From: an uncultured Phycisphaeraceae bacterium
GTDB taxonomy: Bacteria; Planctomycetota; Phycisphaerae; Phycisphaerales; UBA1924
Direction: 5' to 3'
DNA: 55,114 nucleotides
Assembly (NCBI GenBank): GCA_964522095.1
Contig: CAZFSO010000004.1
Coordinates: forward strand, 18,285 to 73,398
Shown: positions 1-6,989 of the stretch, piece after piece
Layout of the letters: each line of letters opens with the position of its first letter
Numbering within the stretch: position 1 is the stretch's first letter
Notes under the pieces: generated by a model
Database searches by the model: none
The model's input: only the letters and a program-made list of their open reading frames with translations
What the model was told of the DNA's origin: nothing
Translations under genes and position numbers: made by a program

Positions 1-97
1 TGGCGGCCTTGCCGGACGCCTTGCGGGTGGTCTTCTTGCGAGAGCCGGCGGTGCCCCTTGCGGAAGCGGCCTTGCTGTTTGCTCGGGTGGCGGCCAT
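1..97 (-). CDS. Partial CDS (N-terminus only, continues past the left edge): small Lys/Arg/Ala-rich basic protein, function unknown
   Basis: ATG at 97-95 with GGAGA at 108-104 (6-nt spacer). Reads MAATRANSKAASARGTAGSRKKTTRKASGKAA... to the window edge. Absent from the ORF track because no stop codon lies in the window. Confidence 0.4.
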   Translation of the reverse strand, partial: MAATRANSKAASARGTAGSRKKTTRKASGKAA

Positions 98-118
98 GAT
101 GCGTCTCCGTCGGGTGTC

Positions 119-136
119 GGCCGGCGCGCGCCGGCC
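119..136. repeat. Perfect 18-bp GC palindrome GGCCGGCGCGCGCCGGCC between the putative promoter and the RBS of the basic-protein gene
   Basis: Read directly from the sequence; self-complementary over all 18 positions. Confidence 0.7.
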
Positions 137-146
137 CATGGCGCTC

Positions 147-174
147 AATGTACCGGCACCGGCCGCAGATGCAA
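147..174 (-). promoter_or_regulatory. Sigma70-like promoter candidate (TTGCAT, 16-nt spacer, TACATT) on the minus strand
   Basis: The reverse complement of 169-174 is TTGCAT and of 147-152 is TACATT. It lies in a locally AT-richer patch downstream of the sdaA stop and upstream of the ATG at 97. Confidence 0.35.
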
Positions 175-204
175 ATGAATGTCTCTAAACCTGGGGAGTC
201 CGCG

Positions 205-1635
205 TCAGCACTCGGACATGCCGAGGGTGACGGAGAGTTTGACCGCCAGCCCGCCGAGCGAGGTCTCCTTGTACCGCTCGTTCATCTGCTTGGCGGTCTC
301 CCACATCACCGCGATCACGTCGTCGAGGGACACCCGGGCGAAGGCGGGGTCGGACTGCTCGGCGATGGTCGCCGAGGTGATGGCCTTGAGCGCTCCCATG
401 GCGTTGCGCTCGATGCAGGGGATCTGGACGAGGCCCCCGACGGGGTCGCAGGTCATGCCCAGGTGGTGCTCCATGGCGATCTCGGCGGCCATGAGGACCT
501 GGGCCGGGCTGGCACCGAGGAGTTCGGCCAGGCCGGCGGCCGCCATCGAACTGGAGACGCCGATCTCGGCCTGGCAGCCCCCCATGGCGGCGCTGATCGT
601 GGCGTTGCGCTTGAACAGGGCGCCGATCTGGCCCGCGGTGAGCAGGAACCGGACGACCTCGTCGTCGGTCAGGGGCTCGGGCCCGAAGCAGGCCCGGTAC
701 ATCAAAACCGCGGGGATGACGCCGGCCGCCCCGTTGGTGGGGGCGGTGACGACCCGGCCCATCGCCGCGTTCTCCTCGTTGACCGCGATGGCGTAGCAAC
801 TGACGACGCGGATGATCTGGTCGAAGGGCAGCCCGGCCGCCCGGACGGTGCCGATGAGCTGGTCGATGTCGGCGCGCTTGATGTCCGGGACGATGTCCCG
901 GAGGAACGACGGGGCCCGCCGCTTGACGTTCAGCCCGCCCGGGAGGACGCCCTCGATCCGGCAGCCGCGCCGGGCCGACTCGCGCATCACCTCCCAGACC
1001 CGCAGCGCCCGGCGGCGGACCTCGGGCTCGGGGAACCAGGTCAGTTCGTTCGCCAAGACGACGCCCGAGATGGGCTTGCCGGTGGCCTGGCAGTGCCGCA
1101 GCAGGTCGCTGGCGTGGCGGACGGGGTAGGGCGGCATGGCGCGGGCGGCGGAGGCGTCGGCGTCCGACTCGCCTTCGGCCGCGATGAATCCGCCGCCGAG
1201 GGAGAAGTAGGTCCGCCCGACCTCGCCCTCGGGCAGGAGGGCGACGCAGCGCATGGCGTTGGCGTGCTCGGGGTGCCGCTCGTTGCGGTGGAACCGGATC
1301 GCCTCGGCCGGGTCGAAGTCGACTTCGCGGTCGCCCAATCGCACCGACTTGGCGCCGTTCAGCCAGGTGAGTTTCTGCTCGATCGAGTCGACGGCGACCG
1401 TCTCGGGGTCCTCGCCGAGCACGGCGAGGCAGATGGCCTTGTCGGTGGCGTGGCCCCGGCCGGTCAGCGCGAGGCTGCCGATCAACTCGAACCGCAGGCC
1501 GGTCAGGCGGTCGAGCGAGCCGTCGGCCTGCAGGTCGGAGAGGAAACGCTGCACGATCCGCCAGGGGCCGAGCGTGTGCGAACTCGACGGGCCGACGCCC
1601 ACCTTGAACATGTCGAACGTGCTGATCGTGGGCAA
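205..1635 (-). CDS. sdaA: L-serine ammonia-lyase (L-serine dehydratase), single-chain iron-sulfur type
   Basis: 476-aa ORF. The N-terminus [24 protein letters not shown] matches the conserved start of SdaA-type enzymes. TTG start at 1635 with AAGGAG 8 nt upstream (1649-1644). Confidence 0.93.
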   Translation of the reverse strand: MPTISTFDMFKVGVGPSSSHTLGPWRIVQRFLSDLQADGSLDRLTGLRFELIGSLALTGRGHATDKAICLAVLGEDPETVAVDSIEQKLTWLNGAKSVRLGDREVDFDPAEAIRFHRNERHPEHANAMRCVALLPEGEVGRTYFSLGGGFIAAEGESDADASAARAMPPYPVRHASDLLRHCQATGKPISGVVLANELTWFPEPEVRRRALRVWEVMRESARRGCRIEGVLPGGLNVKRRAPSFLRDIVPDIKRADIDQLIGTVRAAGLPFDQIIRVVSCYAIAVNEENAAMGRVVTAPTNGAAGVIPAVLMYRACFGPEPLTDDEVVRFLLTAGQIGALFKRNATISAAMGGCQAEIGVSSSMAAAGLAELLGASPAQVLMAAEIAMEHHLGMTCDPVGGLVQIPCIERNAMGALKAITSATIAEQSDPAFARVSLDDVIAVMWETAKQMNERYKETSLGGLAVKLSVTLGMSEC

Positions 1636-1676
1636 CCCGGGGACTCCTTGGGCCGGAGGATCCTACGGCCGCGCCG

Positions 1677-2405
1677 TCAGCCGGGGAGGGTTTCGCCCAG
1701 CAGGTCGCCCACGGACGCCTGGTTCTCGGGAGAAGCCAGGAGGCCCTGGCGGACCTCGACCTCGAGCCCGGCGTAGGCGGCTTCGGGGAACACCGACCGC
1801 AGCCGGGTCGTCAGGCCATCGTCCGTGCCGAGGTAGGGCTCGTTGAAGCGGATGCGAAGATCGCACGCGGCTTCCAGCCCGGCCCGCCAAAGGGCGCACA
1901 GGTCGGCCTCCCGGGGTCGGGCCGGGTCGAACAGCAGGCCGACGTCCAGGTTGCGGGCATGGCCTTCGAGCACGTCGGTGAAGGAATGGACGGCGACGTG
2001 GAGCACGCGCTGGCCGTGGTCGGCCCAGTCGCGCACGAGGCGTTCGACGCTGCGGCGGTGGGGGTGGTAAAACCGGTCGAGGATCTTGGTGCGTTCGGCG
2101 TCCGGCAGGCCGCGGGTGGTGGCGCTGAACAGGCCGGGGTTGTCCGGGGACCGGTTCGCCTCGACCAGGAGGCGCGTGGTGGTGGTCGCGAGCAGCGGCG
2201 CCGACCGGCGCACCGCCAGGCGCAGGGCCACGCCCAGCGCGCCGGGGTCCCAGCCCCGGTGGGAGTCGAGTTCGGCCCGGGCGTGGGCGAACAGGGCGGC
2301 GTAGGCGGCGGGCACCTCGTTGCCGGCGTGCTCGCAGGTGACGAGCAGGCGGGAGAAGGGGGGTGGGGGGGCCAGGGGGGGTGAGGGGGGCGGCTCAGTC
2401 GGCAT
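1677..2405 (-). CDS. N-formylglutamate amidohydrolase (FGase) family amidohydrolase with a proline-rich N-terminus
   Basis: 242-aa ORF with FGase-family motifs LLVTCEHAGNEVP, HRGWDPGA and VAVHSFT. ATG at 2405 overlaps the upstream gene's stop by 11 nt. Confidence 0.85.
   Translation of the reverse strand: MPTEPPPSPPLAPPPPFSRLLVTCEHAGNEVPAAYAALFAHARAELDSHRGWDPGALGVALRLAVRRSAPLLATTTTRLLVEANRSPDNPGLFSATTRGLPDAERTKILDRFYHPHRRSVERLVRDWADHGQRVLHVAVHSFTDVLEGHARNLDVGLLFDPARPREADLCALWRAGLEAACDLRIRFNEPYLGTDDGLTTRLRSVFPEAAYAGLEVEVRQGLLASPENQASVGDLLGETLPG
2358..2390 (+). other. G-quadruplex-type motif G6-T-G7-CCA-G7-TGA-G6 on the plus strand (template strand of the FGase gene)
   Basis: Read directly. 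The complement encodes PPPSPPLAPPPP at FGase codons 5-16. Confidence 0.8.
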
Positions 2406-3630
2406 GGAACATCCTGCCCTGCGCCAGGCAGTCGCACAGTTCGGCGTACACCGCGTGGAGTCGGGCGCGGTCCGGGTCCGGGCCGACGGCGCGGCGGATT
2501 CGGGTCGAGAGGGTCCCGGCCCGGAGGAGGCTCGATACCGCGTCGTCGGTCGGAAGGGTCCGGTCCGCGAGTGTCCGCCAGACGTCGCCGGCGGGCGTAG
2601 CGCGGGGCGGCAGGCCGAGGGCGGTAAGGAGGGCTGCGTCGCGCACCACGGCGTGCTCGGCGTCGCGGATGGTGTCCAGAAGGACCGCGTGCAGGGACTC
2701 GGTGCTCGGCGCCCGCTGGGCGGCGTCCGTCGACCAGCGGCCTTCTGTCAGCGCTCGGACGGTTTCGCAGACCAGCCGGACGACGGCCATGTCGGCGGCG
2801 GGGCACTCCTGGATGTCGATGACCCGGATCTCGATGGCGCCGCGGTCGAAGCGGGCCATGCCGCCCCGGGCGTTGGCGAACTCGTGGCGCAGCACGCCCT
2901 CGGGGTCCAAGGGGGCGAGTTGGGCGTACAGGGGGCCGAGCACCTCGGACTCGAAGGCGGCGCGGGTGAAGATTGGCTCGGGCACGACCAGGCCGGCCAT
3001 CGCGGGCACGCGGGCCGAGTTCGTGCGGTAGACCTCCATCCGGTGGTCCGCGAAGTCGGAACGGCGGGCGTCGACGACCGGGGAACTGGCGGCCAGGGCG
3101 GGGATCAGCGGCACCACCAGCCGGACGGCTGCGTGCAGGCGGCTGAACTCCTCGTCGTCGGCGAAGGGCAGGTTGACGTGGGTGCTCTGGAGGTTGGCCC
3201 AGCCGTGCCCGCGGCAGCCGAAGATCCGGTCGTAGGCCCGGTAGATCTCGGTGTTCTCGTGCGGCCAGAGGCGCATCTCGCGGTGAGGGTCCATCCACGG
3301 GTGCATGCCGGTGGGCATGAGGCGGCAGCCCATGGTGTCCAGCAGTTGGTTGATGCGTGCGACCTGCTCCTGGAAGACCCGCTCCAGACTGTCGAGGTGG
3401 GGCGTGGGCCGGGCGGTCTTGATCTCGACCACGTGCAGGGCGAGTTCGTTGGACCAGGAGGCCGGGCCGTCGGGGCCGTCGGGCAGGTGGTCGCCCGAGG
3501 CGTCGGAGCCGGCGGCGGCGAACAGGCGGTCGGCGACCGGGCGCACGTCGAGCGTGTCGCGGTCGACGATCATGTACTCGAGTTCGACGCCGTACGCGTC
3601 GAAGAGGCCCAGGGGGAACCGGTAGTTCAC
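2395..3630 (-). CDS. Glutamate-cysteine ligase family 2 (GCS2 / YbdK-like) carboxylate-amine ligase
   Basis: C-terminal 411 aa of track ORF 2395..5043, starting VVNYRFPLGLFDAYGVELEYMIVD, with STHVNLPF and AIEIRVID motifs. GTG at 3630-3628 overlaps the upstream TGA (GTGA). The remaining upstream part of that ORF is Arg/Pro/Gly-rich and out of frame with the real ATP-grasp gene on the same strand. Confidence 0.85.
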   Translation of the reverse strand: MNYRFPLGLFDAYGVELEYMIVDRDTLDVRPVADRLFAAAGSDASGDHLPDGPDGPASWSNELALHVVEIKTARPTPHLDSLERVFQEQVARINQLLDTMGCRLMPTGMHPWMDPHREMRLWPHENTEIYRAYDRIFGCRGHGWANLQSTHVNLPFADDEEFSRLHAAVRLVVPLIPALAASSPVVDARRSDFADHRMEVYRTNSARVPAMAGLVVPEPIFTRAAFESEVLGPLYAQLAPLDPEGVLRHEFANARGGMARFDRGAIEIRVIDIQECPAADMAVVRLVCETVRALTEGRWSTDAAQRAPSTESLHAVLLDTIRDAEHAVVRDAALLTALGLPPRATPAGDVWRTLADRTLPTDDAVSSLLRAGTLSTRIRRAVGPDPDRARLHAVYAELCDCLAQGRMFHAD

Positions 3631-5078
3631 GACCGGGGCTCCTCGAATCGGCGCAGGAAGTAGTCCATGACGGCCAGGTAGAGCCGGTCGCCGAGCAGCG
3701 CGTCCTCGATGCCGGCGTCGATGTTGGGGTTGTCGTTGACCTCGATGACCACGGCCTTGCCGCCGACGACCTTCAGGTCCACGCCGTAGAGCCCCTCGCC
3801 CATCAGGGCGGCGGAGCGCACGGCGAGTTTGAGAACGTCGTCGGGCACCTTCTGGATGGGGACGGCGGTGAAGTCGCCGTACTCGACCCCTTCCTCGGCG
3901 TGCTGGACGATCTGCCAGTGCCCGGGGGCCATGCCGTAGCGGCAGGCGAACAGCGGCGAGCCCCCGAGCACGCCGACGCGCCAGTCGTACTCGGTGGGCA
4001 CGAACTCCTGGGCGATGAGCAGGTCGCTCTCTTCGAAGAGCTGCTCGAGGCGCTGCTCGAGGTCCTCGCCGGAGTCGATCCGGCGCACGCCGACGGAGAA
4101 GGCGCTGTCCGGCTTCTTGAGGACGCACGGGAAGCCCAGCGAGCGGATGCCCTCCGCGGCGTTCTCCTGCGAGAGGATCAGCGTGCGGGGGGTGGCCAGG
4201 CGGTGGCGGTTGAGGGTCTCGGCCAGGTAGACCTTGTTCGTGCAGCGCACGATCGAGCGCGGGTCGTCGACGACGACCAGCCCCTCGGCCGACGCCCGGC
4301 GCGAGAAGCGGTAGGTGTGGTGGTTGACCTGCGTGGTCTCGCGGATGAACAGGCCGTTGTACTCGGCGATGCGCCCGTAACTGTCCTTCTCGATCAGGTC
4401 GCAGCGGATGCCCATCGACTCGCCCGCCTGGACGAAGCGCTTGAGGGCGGCGGCGTTCGACGGGGGGATCTCCTCCGCCGGGTTGTGCAGAATCGCCAGG
4501 TCGAAGCGGGCGGGGGGCGCGGACTTGCTCTTGCGCGGCGAGCGGCGCAGGTAGCGCTCGGCCTGCTCGATCACGAAAGGGCGGTGCGACTCGGGCACGT
4601 CGCCGAGGCCGAGCACCTTCACCCCGGTCATGCGCCATCGCCCGTCCTTCTCGAACCTTGCCCGCAGCAGGGGCGCGGGGAAGGCGTTGAACACCGCCTG
4701 GGCGAGTTTGTCGTGCCCGCCGGCGAGGTTGTGGCCGAAGTAGATGCTCACGTCGAACTCGTCGGACTTGATGCGCTTGAGGTTCTCCTGGATCAACTCG
4801 TCCAGGTCCTGCGACGCCACCCGGATCACCGGCGCCAGTTTGAGGTCCTGGATCACCGAGACCGACGGCAGCGGCTTGTGCCCCCGCGCCTCGGCCAGCA
4901 GCGACACGTAGTACCCCGCCGCCTGGTAGCGGAACGACCGGCACAGGTTGAACACCTTGCGCCCCGGCCCCTGGGCGTACTCGGGGTCCGAGAGGTACTG
5001 GTACGACGAGACGAGTTCCATGCCCGGGAACTTCAGCGGCCACCGCTTGGGGGTGTCGACGACGAGCAGCGGCTTCAC
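3627..5078 (-). CDS. RimK-type ATP-grasp ligase with an N-terminal RLAN-like (RimK-like ATP-grasp N-terminal) extension
   Basis: C-terminal 483 aa of track ORF 3627..5798. The N-terminal part FNLCRSFRYQAAGYYVSLLAEARGHKP is RLAN-like. ATP-grasp core: FPCVLKKPDSAFSVGV, LIAQEFVPTEYDWRVGVL, GVDLKVVGGKAVVIEVNDNP. GTG at 5078-5076 overlaps the upstream TGA (GTGA). Confidence 0.85.
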   Translation of the reverse strand: MKPLLVVDTPKRWPLKFPGMELVSSYQYLSDPEYAQGPGRKVFNLCRSFRYQAAGYYVSLLAEARGHKPLPSVSVIQDLKLAPVIRVASQDLDELIQENLKRIKSDEFDVSIYFGHNLAGGHDKLAQAVFNAFPAPLLRARFEKDGRWRMTGVKVLGLGDVPESHRPFVIEQAERYLRRSPRKSKSAPPARFDLAILHNPAEEIPPSNAAALKRFVQAGESMGIRCDLIEKDSYGRIAEYNGLFIRETTQVNHHTYRFSRRASAEGLVVVDDPRSIVRCTNKVYLAETLNRHRLATPRTLILSQENAAEGIRSLGFPCVLKKPDSAFSVGVRRIDSGEDLEQRLEQLFEESDLLIAQEFVPTEYDWRVGVLGGSPLFACRYGMAPGHWQIVQHAEEGVEYGDFTAVPIQKVPDDVLKLAVRSAALMGEGLYGVDLKVVGGKAVVIEVNDNPNIDAGIEDALLGDRLYLAVMDYFLRRFEEPRS

Positions 5079-5890
5079 GGTTCTTGTTCCTCGGCGGGGC
5101 GTGCGTCCGGCCCGTCGGTGGACGGCTCGAGCACGAGCAGGTTGGCGTCGTACGTCAGCACGCCGAGCATGATCGAGGGGATGATCCGCGACATCGGCAC
5201 CATGTAGTTGCGCGTCGAGAAGGGCGGGTTGTCCGCGAGCGGGTCGGCGACGTGGACCGACCGCGTGGCCGGGTCGTAGCCGTGGAGGACGACGAAGTGG
5301 CCCTGCGGCACGCCGCGCACGTCGTCGGGGTCGTCGTTCGGGCCGTACTCGCGGCAGGCCCGGTAAAGGTAGGTCGCGCTCAGGCCGGTCAACACCGGCC
5401 GGCCGGAGCGCACGTGCCCGACGAGCAGTTCGGTGGTGGGGTCCTCGAGCCGGATTTGGCCGCCGAGTCGCGCGAAGTCCAGGTAGGAGCGGGTGGCCGC
5501 CTGGAACTTGGCGTTCGTCTTGCCCTTCTCGGCGGCCTGCGCGACAAGTTTGTGCTCGAGCAGTTCGCCCGGCGCGGAGCCGTCCGCGCCGAACCAGGTC
5601 GGGTCGAACAGCGTGAGGTTGAAGGTGTAGAGGGTCGCGCGCATGCCCCGGCGCAGGGCGTCGATTCCGAGGACCACCGCCAGCGTGCCGCGTCCGGTCT
5701 CGGGCCGGGAGAGATCCCAGACCGAGTCGATGACCTCCTCCAGCCGGCAGTCCAGGCCCCAGTACCGGTAGACGGCGTGGAGCGACGTCGGCCCGCACGT
5801 CTCGTCGGTCGGCTGAAGGCTCATCTCGACGGGCAGGACGCTGGACCGGTCCGTGGGTTGTTGCTCGGCCCCCAAGAGGCGATGGGTCAT
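5075..5890 (-). CDS. Papain-fold (peptidase C39-like) cysteine peptidase or transpeptidase
   Basis: Candidate catalytic elements are QPTDETCGPTSL (Gln/Cys), GHFVVLHGYD (His) and VHVADP (Asp). ATG at 5890 with GGAGGG 4 nt upstream. No signal peptide is seen. Confidence 0.65.
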   Translation of the reverse strand: MTHRLLGAEQQPTDRSSVLPVEMSLQPTDETCGPTSLHAVYRYWGLDCRLEEVIDSVWDLSRPETGRGTLAVVLGIDALRRGMRATLYTFNLTLFDPTWFGADGSAPGELLEHKLVAQAAEKGKTNAKFQAATRSYLDFARLGGQIRLEDPTTELLVGHVRSGRPVLTGLSATYLYRACREYGPNDDPDDVRGVPQGHFVVLHGYDPATRSVHVADPLADNPPFSTRNYMVPMSRIIPSIMLGVLTYDANLLVLEPSTDGPDARPAEEQEP

Positions 5891-6000
5891 CCGACCCTCC
5901 GTTCGGCGACTGACGCGGCTGGCGTCACGCACCCCGGATTCTAAGCACCGCAACCCGCCCCGCCCGCCGTCGAACCCGGCGGGGGACGGAGAGGATTTCC

Positions 6001-6040
6001 GCAAAAAAAAGAGCGGAAGCTCTTCGAAAAGAACTTCCGC
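6001..6040 (-). terminator. Rho-independent terminator on the minus strand, about 110 nt upstream of the cassette start codon
   Basis: Minus-strand RNA: GCGGAAGUUCUU-UUCG-AAGAGCUUCCGC (6040-6013; 12-bp stem including one G-U, UUCG tetraloop) followed by UCUUUUUUUU (6012-6003). The wobble position is a C-A mismatch on the plus strand. Confidence 0.6.
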
Positions 6041-6043
6041 CGG

Positions 6044-6090
6044 ACGCTCCAAGCCGTCTCATCCTCCCCGACGGGACAGGCTCGGAGCGT
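6044..6090 (-). promoter_or_regulatory. Stable leader hairpin immediately upstream of the terminator (minus-strand RNA)
   Basis: ACGCUCCGAGCC (6090-6079) pairs with GGCUUGGAGCGU (6055-6044): 12 bp with one G-U, which is an A-C mismatch on the plus strand. 23-nt loop. Confidence 0.45.
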
Positions 6091-6306
6091 GCTCTGGAGC
6101 ACGTTCGGCCGCCGGAGCGGCCCTCCCTTCAAGGCGACAACGGGACGCAGCGGTCACGCGCGTTTCGAAAATTTCGAGAATCTTCGGGGTTCGCCGGTGT
6201 GAAACCCGGGGGAAGAGCCCGTCTGGGCCGGCAAACGGCGGTCGGCCATCCCCCCGTTCGGGTTGAGGGGCATCCTGCCCCCGTGGCGAACACTACACTC
6301 GGTCGT

Positions 6307-6945
6307 ATGTCCTCCCCGTCCCTGCATGAAGGGCTGCTGGCCAAGGCAGAGTCCGGCGATGTCGATGCGCTGGTCCGGCTGCTCGAAGAGATCGGCCCGA
6401 CGGTGCGCGCCGTCATCGAACCGAAGATCGGGCGCAAGCATCGCTCCGTGCTGTCCTGCGACGACGTGATGCAGGTCACCTACATGGAGTGCCTTTCCAG
6501 GTTCGACGCCTTCGGGGGCGGGGGGACCCGTGGCTTCCTGGCGTGGCTGATCCGGATCGCAGAGAACAACCTCATCGACGCGGTCCGCGGGCTTGAGGCG
6601 GCCAAACGCCCGAACGCCTCTCGGCGGGTGGGGGCGGGGGGCCGGGACGACTCGACCATCGCCATGGTCGAAGCGCTCGGGGTGACGATCTCGACGCCCT
6701 CGCTGGCCGCCGCCCGGGGCGAGGTGGTGTCCAGCATCCAGGGCGCGGTCGAGCGGCTCCCGGAGAGTTACGCACGCGTCGTCTCGATGTACGACCTGGA
6801 AGGCCGGCCCATCGAGGAGGTCGTGCAGGAACTGGGCCGGAGCAAGGGCGCGGTGTACATGCTCCGGGCCCGCGCCCACGAGCATCTGCGGGACCTTCTG
6901 GGCTCGGAATCGAAGTTTTTCACAAAAGTTGACTCAACCCGGTAA
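6307..6945 (+). CDS. ECF-type RNA polymerase sigma-70 family factor
   Basis: Region 2-like DVMQVTYMECLSRF / WLIRIAENNLIDAVR and region 4-like LPESYARVVSMYDLEGRPIEEVVQELGRSKGAVYMLRARAHEHL. ATG at 6307 chosen because the upstream part of the ORF is non-sigma-like. No obvious SD. Confidence 0.8.
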   Translation: MSSPSLHEGLLAKAESGDVDALVRLLEEIGPTVRAVIEPKIGRKHRSVLSCDDVMQVTYMECLSRFDAFGGGGTRGFLAWLIRIAENNLIDAVRGLEAAKRPNASRRVGAGGRDDSTIAMVEALGVTISTPSLAAARGEVVSSIQGAVERLPESYARVVSMYDLEGRPIEEVVQELGRSKGAVYMLRARAHEHLRDLLGSESKFFTKVDSTR

Positions 6946-6989
6946 TATCGCGTGACCAACCTGAGTGGTTTTCCGCTGATCGGGGTGGT

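Noticed and set aside
148-1776. 542-aa plus-strand ORF antisense to sdaA. Similar long antisense ORFs include 7122..9482 (-), 9756..11384 (-), 11737..13395 (-), 13758..14918 (+), 28391..29140 (+) and 47687..48841 (+).
   Set aside because: Their translations are low-complexity Arg/Gly/Pro/Ala/Asp strings with no recognisable motifs. Each lies opposite a gene with clear family motifs. Long stop-free antisense frames are expected at this GC content.
2395-5798. Track ORFs 2395..5043 (882 aa) and 3627..5798 (723 aa), taken at face value as giant fusion proteins.
   Set aside because: Only the C-terminal 411 aa and 483 aa respectively show family motifs. The N-terminal parts are Arg/Pro-rich and overlap the real upstream genes out of frame. 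GTG starts that overlap the upstream TGA give normal-sized proteins. The same trimming logic applies to 16928..20572, 21777..24290, 14669..16360, 16478..19897, 20161..21801, 39300..41087, 43809..47030, 46157..47635, 51242..52690 and 53519..54526.
5941-6132. 63-aa minus-strand ORF (TTG start) in the cassette leader, considered as a possible leader peptide or small protein.
   Set aside because: It reads straight through both hairpins and the terminator U-tract (..RRKFFSKSFRSFFCGN..). It has no RBS and no gene-like codon bias. It is more likely non-coding structured RNA.
6201-6223. ECF-type promoter candidate GAAAC...CGTC upstream of the ECF sigma gene (possible autoregulation).
   Set aside because: Only 14 nt separate the AAC and CGT elements, against the 16-17 nt typical of ECF promoters. 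Such short motifs occur by chance, so this is not reported as a feature.
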